Origin: an uncultured delta proteobacterium
GTDB taxonomy: Bacteria; Myxococcota; UBA727; VGSZ01
Assembly (NCBI GenBank): GCA_963775425.1
Contig: CAVZJB010000003.1
Location: forward strand, 320,001-384,000
Direction of reading: 5' to 3'
Length of the DNA stretch: 64,000 bases
Positions 46,290-55,912 of this stretch are shown here, piece after piece. The position numbers and the translations under genes are program-made. Below the pieces are notes generated by a model. The model did not search any database. It saw nothing but the letters and a program-made list of their open reading frames with translations, and was not told where the DNA came from. Numbering within the stretch: position 1 is the first letter of the stretch; every line of letters begins with the position of its first letter.

Positions 46290-47276
46290 CTACGGCGCGA
46301 GCTCCGCGGCGAGGGCGCCGGCGATGCCGAGGAGGTCGTCCAGCCACAGCCACTCGCCGCCGGCGTTGACTTCGAGGAAGAAGTGCTCGCCCGCGGGGGT
46401 GACGACGAAGTCGGCGGCGCCGTAGCGCAGGCCGAGCTCGTGCACGAGCGCGAGCAGCCCGCGCTCGACGTCACGCGGCAGGCGGTGCGGGCGCCACGCG
46501 TGAAGGAGCGCCACGCCTTCCTCGCGCCAGTCGAGGAGGCCGCCGGCGTCGACGGCGGCGGCGAACACGCGGTCGCCGACCACGGTGGCGCGGACGTCGA
46601 GCGCTTTGTCCACGCGCTCCTGGAACGTCATCGGACACATGCGCAGGCCCCCGAGGTCGTCGAGGTGGTGACGCGCGACGCGGCTCGTGAACACGACGTG
46701 CTCGGCGTCTTGTCGCACCACCGCGAAGCTCGACTGCACCTTGGTGACGATGTCGCCGTCGCACGCGTCATAGAACGCGCGCACGGCGCCGGGCTCGTTG
46801 GACAAGAGCGTCCGCGGCACGGCGAGGCCGAGCGCGGCGGCACGCACGAGCTGAAGCTCCTTGTGGTCACAGCGCCGCACGGCCTCGATGGCGTCGACGT
46901 GCGGGCAGGGCAGCGCCGCGATCATCCCGTGGAGCGCCCGGCGCGCTTCGCCCACGCACGCGTCGCGCAGATCGTCGAGGGCGACGGGCAGGGCGCCGCC
47001 GGCGTGGAAGCGCCGGTGCCACACGGCGCTCACGTCGTCGAGGTCGAAGCGCCCCTCCGGCGTCGTCAACGTGCGCGCCACACCCGGCGCGCGCGACTTC
47101 GCGGGTCGGCCGCCCGTGGCGCGCGCGGAGGGACCGACGCGCGTCGACACCGACACGGCGTCGGGGAACCGATCGGTGTCGAGCCGCAAGAGGGTCGCGC
47201 CCCGGCGAGCGAGCGCGCGGGTGACGCGCTCCACGGCCTCGTCGTCGTCGCTGCGGGTGACGGCCAGGACGGTCAT
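46290..47276 (-). CDS. mvdD: Microviridin-type ATP-grasp macrocyclase, MvdD/MdnC (ester-forming)-like
   Basis: MTVLAVTRSDD, RLDTDRFP, VWHRR, HKELQL, SSFAV...VVFTS, CPMTFQE, LEVNAGGEW. Confidence 0.82.
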   Translation of the reverse strand: MTVLAVTRSDDDEAVERVTRALARRGATLLRLDTDRFPDAVSVSTRVGPSARATGGRPAKSRAPGVARTLTTPEGRFDLDDVSAVWHRRFHAGGALPVALDDLRDACVGEARRALHGMIAALPCPHVDAIEAVRRCDHKELQLVRAAALGLAVPRTLLSNEPGAVRAFYDACDGDIVTKVQSSFAVVRQDAEHVVFTSRVARHHLDDLGGLRMCPMTFQERVDKALDVRATVVGDRVFAAAVDAGGLLDWREEGVALLHAWRPHRLPRDVERGLLALVHELGLRYGAADFVVTPAGEHFFLEVNAGGEWLWLDDLLGIAGALAAELAP

Positions 47277-48331
47277 CGCGCCCCCCGGGGAGACATCGCG
47301 GTCGAAGCGGGGCCGGCGGCGAGCAGGTCCGCGAGGGCGCCGGCGACGTCCAGGCCGGCGTCGCGCTGCAGCCAGCCCCACTCCCCGGCGGGGTTCACCT
47401 CGAAGAACCAGTGCGTGCCGCCGACGTCGACGCCGAGGTCGACGGCGCCGAAGGAGAGCCCCAGCCGCGCCACGAGCGCCGCGCACGCGCGCTCGACGGC
47501 GGCGGGCAGCCGCGCCGCCCGCCACGTCGGGGCGCGCTCGGCGCCGGCCGGGGCGCGGCGCCAGTCGAGCGCTCCGGGAGGGCTCGCGAGCGACGCGGCC
47601 AACACGCGGCGGCCGACGACGACGGCGCGGACGTCGGCGCGCTTTTCGACGCGACGCTGGAAGATCATCGGCGCCGCGCGCAGCGCGTCCAGCGCGGCGG
47701 CGTCGCCCGCGTCGACGGGGCTCGTGCCGACAAAGGGGCCGGCGCCGTCCATGGACTCCGACAGCGGCGCGAGCAGCTTGCACACGACGCGGCCGCCGTC
47801 GGCCTCCACGGCCGCGATGAACGCGCGCGCCTCGCCGGGGTCGTTGGTGACGACGGTCTCCGGCACCGCGAAGCCGGGCACGCCTCGCGCCGCGACGAGC
47901 TGCGCGGCCTTCAGCTCCGCCCGCCGCTGTGCCGCGAGCGGGTTCACGAAGCGCACGCCGAGGTCCTCGAGCAGCGCCAGCATCCCCTCGAACGAGGCGT
48001 CGGCCTGCGCCTCGCAAGCCCCGGCGAAGCGGGCATCGACGTCGAGCGGCGCGCGCGCGGTCCAGATGCGCCGGCACCACACGGCGTGCGTTCGCACGAG
48101 GTCGATCTCGGCGTCGTCGACGGACAACAGCGCGCGGCCGTCGCCGCCCGTCGTCAGCGTGATGTCCGCAGGGAAGCGGTCGGTGTCCACGCGGACCGGC
48201 TCGAGGCCGCGCGCGCGCAAGGCGTCGGCGACGACGTCGGGGACGTAGACGTCGCCGCTGTGCGTGAGGACGAGCACGGTGCGGGGCGCGCCCCCCCGCG
48301 CGCGCCGCGCCCTGCGCCGCGCGGGGCTCAC
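47273..48331 (-). CDS. mvdC: Microviridin-type ATP-grasp macrocyclase, MvdC/MdnB (amide-forming)-like
   Basis: VLVLTHSGD, RVDTDRFP, VWCRRIW, K..QL, PLSESM, PMIFQ, EVNPAGEWGWLQRD; the start could be further downstream. Confidence 0.82.
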   Translation of the reverse strand: MSPARRRARRARGGAPRTVLVLTHSGDVYVPDVVADALRARGLEPVRVDTDRFPADITLTTGGDGRALLSVDDAEIDLVRTHAVWCRRIWTARAPLDVDARFAGACEAQADASFEGMLALLEDLGVRFVNPLAAQRRAELKAAQLVAARGVPGFAVPETVVTNDPGEARAFIAAVEADGGRVVCKLLAPLSESMDGAGPFVGTSPVDAGDAAALDALRAAPMIFQRRVEKRADVRAVVVGRRVLAASLASPPGALDWRRAPAGAERAPTWRAARLPAAVERACAALVARLGLSFGAVDLGVDVGGTHWFFEVNPAGEWGWLQRDAGLDVAGALADLLAAGPASTAMSPRGAR

Positions 48332-49686
48332 GCCGCCGTGACGTCGACGCCGTCGACGAGGACCAGCGGGCAGAGCGTGGCCATGTTCTTGTGCGGCTTC
48401 TCCCCCCACGCCACGAGCTTCTCGAAGCAGTCGAAGACGTTCCCCGCGATGAGCGTCTCTTTCACAGGCGCCGTCTTCTTGCCGTTTTCCACGAGGAAGC
48501 TGCCCTTGGCGACGCCGGAGAAGTCGCCGCTCACGGCGTCGACGTTTCCGGAGAAGCGCCCGACGTAGAGGCCGTTTTTCAGCTCGCGGAAGAGGTCGTC
48601 GTCGCCGGCGGTGCCGCCGGCGACGCGGACGTTGGTGGTGCCGATGGAGGGCAGCGAGCGCGCCGAGCCCTGCGCGTGTCCCGTGGGGCGCCTGCCCGCG
48701 CGGCGCGCGGCCTTGCCGTCGTAGAGGAACGTGTGCAGCACGCCGTCGCCCACGAGGACCGTGCGACGGTGCGGCAGCCCCTCGCGGTCGAAGCTCGCCG
48801 AGCCCAGGCCGCCGGGCACGGTGCCGTCGTCGACCAGCAGGAAGCCCGGCGAGGCGATGCGCTTGCCGAGCTTGTCCTTCAAGCGGCTCTTGCCCTTGAA
48901 GACCGTGTCGCCGTCGACGGCGTCGAAGAGCGTGTCGAGGAACACCTCCTCGAACGCGTCCGGCGAAAACAAGACCTTGCCCTTGTAGGTGATGCCCTCG
49001 CGGGGGTGCAGGAGCGCGAGGACGCGGTCGGCGAAGCGGCGGCTGACGTCGCCGACGTCGATCTCGCCGGCCGTGCGCACGCCGTCGTAGAGGTGGTCGA
49101 AGCTGCCGACCTCGTCGCCGTCGACGGCCATGCCGAACAGCCCGTACGTCGCCGCGGCCTCGCTGGCCGCAGCGGACACGCCCGCCGACGACACCACCGC
49201 GTACACGCTGCTCGACGACGCGAGCTCGGCGTTGTCGACGCTGACCCGCGCGTCCACGCCGCGCGCCTCGTCGAGGAGCGCCACGGTGCTCTCGACCACG
49301 TCTTCGGCGGTGAGGGCGGCGACGTCGTCGTCCCACAGCCCCTGCACCGGGCGCCCCGGGCGGGGCTCCACCATGCCGTTCGCCGCGTCGCCCGGCGAGG
49401 CGTGTGCGATGGCGAGCGCGTCGCCGATGGCGTCGTCGATGGCCTCGTCCGCGAGGCGGTTGACGTAGGCGAAGCCGGAGCGGTCGCCGACGAGCACGCG
49501 GATGCCCACGGCCTCGTGCTCCGCCGTGGACGCGCCCTTGAGCTCGCTCTGCTCCACGTTGGCCGACGTCTGCGTCACGCGCTCCGCGAACGCTTCACAG
49601 CCGGTGGCGCCTCTCTTTTGCGCGCGGCGCACGACGTCGTCGCACAGCTCGCGCAAGCGCCGCTCCACCTCTCCCGTCGTCGTCAT
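48328..49686 (-). CDS. pmbA: TldE/PmbA family protein
   Basis: GIRVLVG.RSGFAY, SASFDREG, TGHA, GDFSG, PVKETLIAGN; no HExxxH. Confidence 0.9.
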   Translation of the reverse strand: MTTTGEVERRLRELCDDVVRRAQKRGATGCEAFAERVTQTSANVEQSELKGASTAEHEAVGIRVLVGDRSGFAYVNRLADEAIDDAIGDALAIAHASPGDAANGMVEPRPGRPVQGLWDDDVAALTAEDVVESTVALLDEARGVDARVSVDNAELASSSSVYAVVSSAGVSAAASEAAATYGLFGMAVDGDEVGSFDHLYDGVRTAGEIDVGDVSRRFADRVLALLHPREGITYKGKVLFSPDAFEEVFLDTLFDAVDGDTVFKGKSRLKDKLGKRIASPGFLLVDDGTVPGGLGSASFDREGLPHRRTVLVGDGVLHTFLYDGKAARRAGRRPTGHAQGSARSLPSIGTTNVRVAGGTAGDDDLFRELKNGLYVGRFSGNVDAVSGDFSGVAKGSFLVENGKKTAPVKETLIAGNVFDCFEKLVAWGEKPHKNMATLCPLVLVDGVDVTAA

Positions 49687-51095
49687 TCCTGGCTCCCATC
49701 GTCCGCGGCGGCGGATTGGCCCGCGAGCGTCACCGTGCAGCGGACGTGCGGGCCGCCGGCGTCGACCTTGGCGGGTTGACCCTTGCCGCAAAAGCCGCTG
49801 CCGAGCTCCCACGCGAACTGGTCGCCGACGGCGTCCACCGACGAGAGCACCTCGAAGGCGTCGCCGGTGATGGTGGTCCCGCGGTGCAGCGGCCCGAGCT
49901 TCCCGTTCTTCACGGGGTAGACCTCACCCACCACGAACATGAACTCCGCGTTGGCGTCGGCCTGGCCGTTCTTGGCGCCGGCGAGCAGGTAGCCGTCGTC
50001 GAGTCCGGCGATCATCTCCTCGAGCGACGCCTTGCCCGGCTCCACGTACGTGTTGCGCATGCGGATGAGCGGCTCGTTGTCGAACTCGAAGGCGCGCGCG
50101 TTGCCCGTGGGCTCCACGCCGAAGCGCTGCGCGCTCTCGCGGTTGTGCAGGTACGAGCGCAGCACGCCGCCCTCGATGATGGTGACCCGCTGCGAGGGGA
50201 CGCCTTCGTCGTCGACGAGGACGACGCCGCCGGCGCCCGCGAGGTGCTCGCTGTCCCCGGAGTCGCACAGCGTGACGAGCTCGCTCGCGACGCGCTTTCC
50301 GATCTTGCCGGCGGCGGCCGACCCGGCGAGGACGAAGTCCGCCTCGACGGTGTGGCCGATGGCCTCGTGGACCAGCAGGCCGACGACGTCGGGCGCGAGG
50401 ATCACCTTTTTCTTGCCGCCGTCGACGTAGCCGGCCCGCAGCAGGTCGGTGGCCGTGCGCACGGCTTTTTCGACCATCTCCTCGGCGGTGCGCCGCGAAA
50501 ACAGGTCGCCGAAGCCGCCGGTGTGGCCCGCGGCCTCGACGCAGGACTGCAGCTCGCCCTCCATGGCCGCGACGGCGCCGACGCGGAGCTCGGGCTTGGT
50601 GTCCTGGATGTGCACCCGGGCGCCGTCCGAGGTGACGATGAACTTTTCGTCGATGAGCTCCGTGTAGCGCGCGCTCGACGACGTGATGGAGCCGCCGCCC
50701 CGCTTGATGAGCTCCTCGGTGCGCAACACGAGGTCGATCTTTTCCTCGAGCAACTTGTCCGAGAGCGGCTGGCGCGCCGGCGAGACGTAGTCGCGGTTCT
50801 GCCACGCCGCGCGCGGCGGGACCTTCAGCCGCTCCTTGCGTCGCGCCGCCGCAGCCTTGGCCGCCAGCCGCGCCGACGCGACCGCGCGTTTCAGGGCCTC
50901 TTTGGTGAGGACGCTGGTGGAGGCGAAGCCCCACGCGCCGTCAACGAGCGCGCGCACCCCGACGCCGGCGTGGTGCGTGGAGCGGGCGGCCTCGAGCTTG
51001 CCGTCCTCGACGAGGATCGAGCGCGAGGTGCGATCATGGTAGCGCAGCTCGAGCCAATCGCCCTGGTCGAGCACGCCTTCGAGGAGATCGTACAT
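49683..51095 (-). CDS. tldD: TldD metalloprotease
   Basis: GVGVRALVDGAWGFAST, HEAIGH, DDEG, TGNAR, IRMRNT, CGKGQ. Confidence 0.93.
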   Translation of the reverse strand: MYDLLEGVLDQGDWLELRYHDRTSRSILVEDGKLEAARSTHHAGVGVRALVDGAWGFASTSVLTKEALKRAVASARLAAKAAAARRKERLKVPPRAAWQNRDYVSPARQPLSDKLLEEKIDLVLRTEELIKRGGGSITSSSARYTELIDEKFIVTSDGARVHIQDTKPELRVGAVAAMEGELQSCVEAAGHTGGFGDLFSRRTAEEMVEKAVRTATDLLRAGYVDGGKKKVILAPDVVGLLVHEAIGHTVEADFVLAGSAAAGKIGKRVASELVTLCDSGDSEHLAGAGGVVLVDDEGVPSQRVTIIEGGVLRSYLHNRESAQRFGVEPTGNARAFEFDNEPLIRMRNTYVEPGKASLEEMIAGLDDGYLLAGAKNGQADANAEFMFVVGEVYPVKNGKLGPLHRGTTITGDAFEVLSSVDAVGDQFAWELGSGFCGKGQPAKVDAGGPHVRCTVTLAGQSAAADDGSQE

Positions 51096-51194
51096 CCCCC
51101 GTGGATAGCCGCGACCGCTGGAGAGCGCCACCCGGGCTCCGGCGGCGGCTGGGCCGAGGGCCTGCGTTCAGGTGACGCCTCACGAGGGTGCGAC

Positions 51195-52559
51195 ATGCAG
51201 GACGCAGTGATCATCGGGGCGGGGCAGGCGGGGCCGTTCCTCGCCGCGCGGCTGGCGGGCGCAGGGCAGAAGGTGACCCTCGTCGACAAGCGCGCGCTGG
51301 GCGGCACGTGCGTCAACGACGGCTGCACACCGACCAAGACCCTCGTCGCCAGCGCGCGCATCGCCTACACCGCGCGCGAGGCCGCGCGCTGGGGCGTGGT
51401 GGTCGGCGACGTGCGCGTCGACATGAAGGCCGTGCGCGCCCGCAAGGACACCGTCGTGGCCGCGTCGCGCGACGGGCTCGACGCGTGGCTCGGGTCGATG
51501 CCGGGCCTCACGCTCGTCCGCGACGCCGCGCGCTTCGTCTCGCCGAACGCCGTGGAGGCTGGCGGGCGACGCATCGAGGGCAAGCGCTTCTTCATCAACA
51601 CCGGCGCGCACCCCGTCGTCCCCGCCGCGCCCGGGCTCGAGGAGGTCTGCCTCACCAACGAGGACGTGATGGACCTCGACGAGGCGCCCGAGCACCTCGT
51701 CGTCGTCGGCTCGAGCTTCGTCGCGCTCGAATTCGCGCAGATCTACCGGCGCTTCGGCAGCCGCGTGACGGTGCTCGCGCGCAGCGGGCGCGTCCTCACC
51801 CACGAGGACGAGGCCGTCGCCGACGTCGTCACGGAGGTATTTGTGCGCGAGGGCATCGAGGTGCGCACGGGGGCGACGGTGGCCCGCGCCGAAAAGACCG
51901 CCGCCGGCGTGCGCGTGCACGTCGCGCGCGGCGGCGTCATCGAGCCGCTCGACGCGAGCCACGTCCTCGTCGCCGCCGGTCGCGCGCCGAACACCGCGGG
52001 CCTCGGCCTCGAGGCGGCGGGGGTGACCGTGGACGCCGCCGGCTACATCCCGGTGAACGACGTGTTGCAAACCAACGTCGAGCACATCTGGGCGCTCGGC
52101 GACGTCAACCGGCGCGGCGCGTTCACGCACACGTCGTACAACGACTACGAGGTGGCCGCCGCCAACCTCCTCGACGGCGCGCACCGCTCCGTCGCGAGCC
52201 GCATCCCCGTGTCGTGCATGTTCGTGGATCCCCCGCTCGGGCGCGTGGGCATGAGCGAGCGCGAGGCGCGCGCATCGGGCAAGAAGATCCTCAAGGGCTT
52301 GCGCCCCATGACGCGCGTGTCCCGCGCGAGCGAGCGCGGCGAGACCGACGGCTTCCTGCAGATCCTCGTCGACGCCGAGACGTCGAAGATCGTCGGAGCC
52401 ACGCTCCTTGGCGTCGAGGCCGACGAGGCCGTGCACGTCATCGCCGCGTTCATGGCGACGGGCGCGCCCTACACGGTGCTGCAGCAGACGGTGCTGTCGC
52501 ACCCGACGGTCTCGGAGCTCATCCCCACCGTCCTCGGAGAGTTGGAGCCGCTCGCGTAG
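51195..52559 (+). CDS. FAD-dependent pyridine nucleotide-disulfide oxidoreductase (MerA/RclA-like, without the C-terminal Cys pair)
   Basis: IGAGQAG, GGTCVNDGCTPTK, ALGD, HPTVSE. Confidence 0.88.
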   Translation: MQDAVIIGAGQAGPFLAARLAGAGQKVTLVDKRALGGTCVNDGCTPTKTLVASARIAYTAREAARWGVVVGDVRVDMKAVRARKDTVVAASRDGLDAWLGSMPGLTLVRDAARFVSPNAVEAGGRRIEGKRFFINTGAHPVVPAAPGLEEVCLTNEDVMDLDEAPEHLVVVGSSFVALEFAQIYRRFGSRVTVLARSGRVLTHEDEAVADVVTEVFVREGIEVRTGATVARAEKTAAGVRVHVARGGVIEPLDASHVLVAAGRAPNTAGLGLEAAGVTVDAAGYIPVNDVLQTNVEHIWALGDVNRRGAFTHTSYNDYEVAAANLLDGAHRSVASRIPVSCMFVDPPLGRVGMSEREARASGKKILKGLRPMTRVSRASERGETDGFLQILVDAETSKIVGATLLGVEADEAVHVIAAFMATGAPYTVLQQTVLSHPTVSELIPTVLGELEPLA

Positions 52560-52561
52560 GA

Positions 52562-53128
52562 CTACGCCTGCGCGCCGCCGGGGACGTTGATGAAGCCCGT
52601 GGGCGAGACGCCGAGGCGGGCGTAGCTCTCCTGCCAGCGTTCATCCATGGGGACGTCGAAGAGGAGCTCGGGGTCGAAGGGCGCGTGGAGCCAGGAGCCC
52701 CGCTCGAGCTCGTCTTCGAGCTGCTGCGGCGCCCAACCGGCGTAGCCGAGCAGGAGGTCAAAGCGGCCGGGGAGCTCGCCGCGGGCGCCGGCCTCGAGGA
52801 TCTCGCGCGAGGGAGAGATGGAGACGGAGGGCGCGACGTCGATGCCCGGGCCGAGCGGCCGGCCGTCGTCGTGCTCGTACAGGACGAAGCCCGAAAACCC
52901 GCTGACCGGCCCACCGATGAGCACCGACCTGTCGTCGATGCCGGGCACGATCTCGAGCTCCTTCAACAGTTGGTGGAGCCGGATCTCGCTCGGGCGGTTG
53001 ACGATGAAGCCCATGGAGCCGCCGGGCTCGTGCACGGCGAGCAAGACGAGGCTTTGGTCGAAGTTGGGGTCCGACAACGGCGGCGGTGCGAGGAGGAACC
53101 CGGGTGCGAGGCGGTCCGTCGTCGACAT
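52562..53128 (-). CDS. YqgE/AlgH family protein
   Basis: DPNF, GFIVNRP, GGPV, LGYAGWAPQQLEDE. Confidence 0.92.
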   Translation of the reverse strand: MSTTDRLAPGFLLAPPPLSDPNFDQSLVLLAVHEPGGSMGFIVNRPSEIRLHQLLKELEIVPGIDDRSVLIGGPVSGFSGFVLYEHDDGRPLGPGIDVAPSVSISPSREILEAGARGELPGRFDLLLGYAGWAPQQLEDELERGSWLHAPFDPELLFDVPMDERWQESYARLGVSPTGFINVPGGAQA

Positions 53129-53194
53129 GAGCAAAGTGTAACAGGTCGCCTCCGAGCGACGCTTCCACACATCGGCGCACCCGGATCCATTTTT

Positions 53195-54334
53195 TCAGGC
53201 GGTGGCGAGCACGCGCGACACCAGCAGCGACGGCGGCGGGCGCACGCCCGCGAGCGTCGGGTGATCGGGGCCCGAACCGAGCCGCGCGAGCACCTGCAAA
53301 CGCTTGCGTGTCTTGGCCGCGGCGTCCTGCAACGCGCCCGCGAACGCATCGTCGTCCAGCGCCGTCGCCGCCGACGCCGTGGCAAAGATGCCCCCCTCGT
53401 CGAGGAGCTTCAGGCACAACCCGGCGTGTTCCCCGGCGCGCGCGAGCGCGGTCTCGACGTCGTCGTCGGCGGCGGGCTGGGGGTGGAACACCACGACATC
53501 GAAGCGCGGCCGCACCTCGCTCTCGGCACGCAGCCAGGCGAGCGGGTCGGCCTCGACGCGATCGAGCCGCGTGTCGATGTCGTTGTGCCTGGCGTCCTCC
53601 TCGGCGAACGACGAGAGCACCGGCGCCTCGTCGACGAGCACCACCTCGGCGGCGCCGCCCTCGGCGAGCTGCAGGCCGTAGCCGCAGAAGCCGGCGTAGA
53701 GATCGAGGCAGCGCCCGCGCGCCCAGCGGCGGACCGCGCGCTGCCGCTCGAGGTCGGCGGTGAGGCGCCGCGCCCCGGGCGTGGCGAGGTCGACGGCGAG
53801 CTCGAGGCGGCCGTGCACGAAGCGCACGCACGGATCGGTGCCCTTCACCAGCGTGACCTCGTCGGCGCGGGCGACGGCGACCGTGGTGGCGGCGGTGCGC
53901 TCGACGAGGAGCGGCAGCACCTCGTTGACCACCTTGCCCATCGGCGGGCAGTCGACGGCGATGAGGAGCCCCGAGCCGAAGCGGTCGACGAACAGCCCGG
54001 GGATGCCGTCGCCCTCCCCATGGCAGATGCGGCCGGCGTCGCTGCCCTCGAGGTCGGTCTCGCGCCGGGCGAGGGCGCGCTCGAGCCGCGCGTGGATGAG
54101 GCCGACGGGATCGCGCGTGCGCGCCGACGACAGCAACCGGATGGTGGCGGGGCCGGTGGGGTCGTACAGCGCCGTCCCCATCGGCAGCGAGGTCTCGTCG
54201 ACGAGGTCCACGAACGGGCCGCCGTCGCCGTCGTAGCGGACGACGTCGTCCCGGTGCAGCCACGGCCAGCCGCGCTGCGCGCGGCGCAGACCCTTCCTCG
54301 TGACGATGGCGCTGCCGGTGACCTCGATTGGCAC
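53195..54334 (-). CDS. RlmI-like PUA + SAM-methyltransferase-fold protein (degenerate)
   Basis: RGWPWL, HGEGDGIPGLFVDRFG, LDLYAG, GPDHP. Confidence 0.75.
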   Translation of the reverse strand: MPIEVTGSAIVTRKGLRRAQRGWPWLHRDDVVRYDGDGGPFVDLVDETSLPMGTALYDPTGPATIRLLSSARTRDPVGLIHARLERALARRETDLEGSDAGRICHGEGDGIPGLFVDRFGSGLLIAVDCPPMGKVVNEVLPLLVERTAATTVAVARADEVTLVKGTDPCVRFVHGRLELAVDLATPGARRLTADLERQRAVRRWARGRCLDLYAGFCGYGLQLAEGGAAEVVLVDEAPVLSSFAEEDARHNDIDTRLDRVEADPLAWLRAESEVRPRFDVVVFHPQPAADDDVETALARAGEHAGLCLKLLDEGGIFATASAATALDDDAFAGALQDAAAKTRKRLQVLARLGSGPDHPTLAGVRPPPSLLVSRVLATA

Positions 54335-54429
54335 GAAGAGATCATAGCGCGGGGCGCCGGCGTCGACACTGCCGGCCACTCCGCGCCGGCGAAGCCGGTC
54401 CGGTAGGCCGAGCCGATAGAGGCGTGGTA

Positions 54430-55239
54430 ATGCCCCGGGCGATGCTGCTCCGCTTCGATCGGGACCGGTACGTGTCCGACGTCGCGCCCCGCCTGTTGTT
54501 GGCGTCGGCGGAGCTCTTGCTCGACGCGCTGCCCCCGCTGCAGCCGCAGACGCGGTTCCTCGAGGTGTGCGCGGGGGCGGGGCCGCTGGCGCGCCCCCTC
54601 GTCGAGCGCATCGCCGGCCTCGGCCGCCTCGTTGCGGTGGAGAGCGACTGGGGGCTCGCGCAGCACCTGCCGTCGTCCAAGGGCAGGGCGGCGCGGGTGG
54701 TCGCGGGCGCCGATCGGCTGCCGTTCGCGGCCGGCAGCTTCGACGTCGTGATCTGCAACCTCGTCCTCGGCGACGCGCAGGAGGATCGCCCGCGGCTGGT
54801 CGAGCTGCGGCGGGTGATGCGTCCGGGCGGCTGGCTGCTCGCCACCGTCCTGTTGCGCGGCAGCTTCGACGCGCTCCTCGACGTGCTCATCGAGAGCTGC
54901 GAGGCCCAGAGCCTCCACGCGAGCCGCCTCGCGCTCATCGAGGCGCTGCGCGGGCTGCCGGACGAGGCGTCGCTCGAGGCCACCATGGCGGAGGCGGAGC
55001 TCGACGTCGCCCACCTCGGCGTCGAGGAGCGCGCCTTGTTCTTCAAGGACGGCGCCGCCTGCCTGTCGGATCCGCTCGTGCGCGAGGTGCTGTTGCCGTC
55101 CTGGCTCCACGACGCCCCGCCGGTCCCCGACTCGGCCCTGGCCGCCGCCGCCGCGGCCATCGACACCTACTTCGGCGGCCGCTTCGCCCTGCGCCTCAAG
55201 ACGGCGATCATCACGGGACGGGCCGAAAAGCCGAAGTAG
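54430..55239 (+). CDS. Class I SAM-dependent methyltransferase
   Basis: LEVCAGAG, LPFAAGSFDVV, RRVMRPGG. Confidence 0.75.
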   Translation: MPRAMLLRFDRDRYVSDVAPRLLLASAELLLDALPPLQPQTRFLEVCAGAGPLARPLVERIAGLGRLVAVESDWGLAQHLPSSKGRAARVVAGADRLPFAAGSFDVVICNLVLGDAQEDRPRLVELRRVMRPGGWLLATVLLRGSFDALLDVLIESCEAQSLHASRLALIEALRGLPDEASLEATMAEAELDVAHLGVEERALFFKDGAACLSDPLVREVLLPSWLHDAPPVPDSALAAAAAAIDTYFGGRFALRLKTAIITGRAEKPK

Positions 55240-55312
55240 AATGCGGGAGTTGCTAGGCTCACTTGCCGCCCCCTCGCGGGTGACCACGATAGGCGGAAGG
55301 CGGAGGCGACAC

Positions 55313-55912
55313 ATGGGCTTGATCAAGGACGTGGTGATGGCGGCGAGCGTGGCGGCGGGCAACGTGGCCAGCCGTGAGCGCGATCGCGAACTGGAGACCA
55401 CGCACGAGGACGGCAGGCCCAAGGCGCTCGGCGAGCGGGCCAAGAACCGCCTGAACGCCGTGGTCGGCGAGGGCACGGCCAAGGTGGTCGTGAGCCAGAC
55501 GGCCCACTTCGGCGCCAAGGAGATCGCCAAGCGGGTCTCGGGCGACACCTTGAAGAAGGTGTTCGGCGCGCTGGCCAAGCGGCCGCTGGTGTCGGCGGGG
55601 GCGGCGTTGTTCGCCTTCGACGCCGCGCGCGACGGCTTCCGGCTCGCCCGCGGCAACATCGACGGGCGCGAGTTCGCCGAGCGCATCGGCGGCAACAGCG
55701 CCGGCCTCGTCGGCGCCGCCGGCGGCGCGTACGTCGGCTCGCTCGTCGGCACGTTCGCCATGCCGGTGATCGGCACCATGGTGGGCAGCGTCATCGGCGG
55801 CGTGGTCGGTGGCATCGGCGGCGACACGTACGGCCGCAAGAAGGTCCGCGGCTTCATGGGCGTCGAGGACGACGACGACTTCGACGACGACGAGGACGAC
55901 GAGGACGAGTGA
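55313..55912 (+). CDS. Hypothetical protein with glycine-zipper TM region and acidic tail
   Basis: GxxxG repeats AGGAYVGSLVG...GGVVGGIGG; D/E-rich end. Confidence 0.65.
   Translation: MGLIKDVVMAASVAAGNVASRERDRELETTHEDGRPKALGERAKNRLNAVVGEGTAKVVVSQTAHFGAKEIAKRVSGDTLKKVFGALAKRPLVSAGAALFAFDAARDGFRLARGNIDGREFAERIGGNSAGLVGAAGGAYVGSLVGTFAMPVIGTMVGSVIGGVVGGIGGDTYGRKKVRGFMGVEDDDDFDDDEDDEDE

Noticed and set aside
51195-52559. Mercury resistance (merA)
   Set aside because: No C-terminal Cys-Cys, no NmerA domain and no merR/T/P neighbours.
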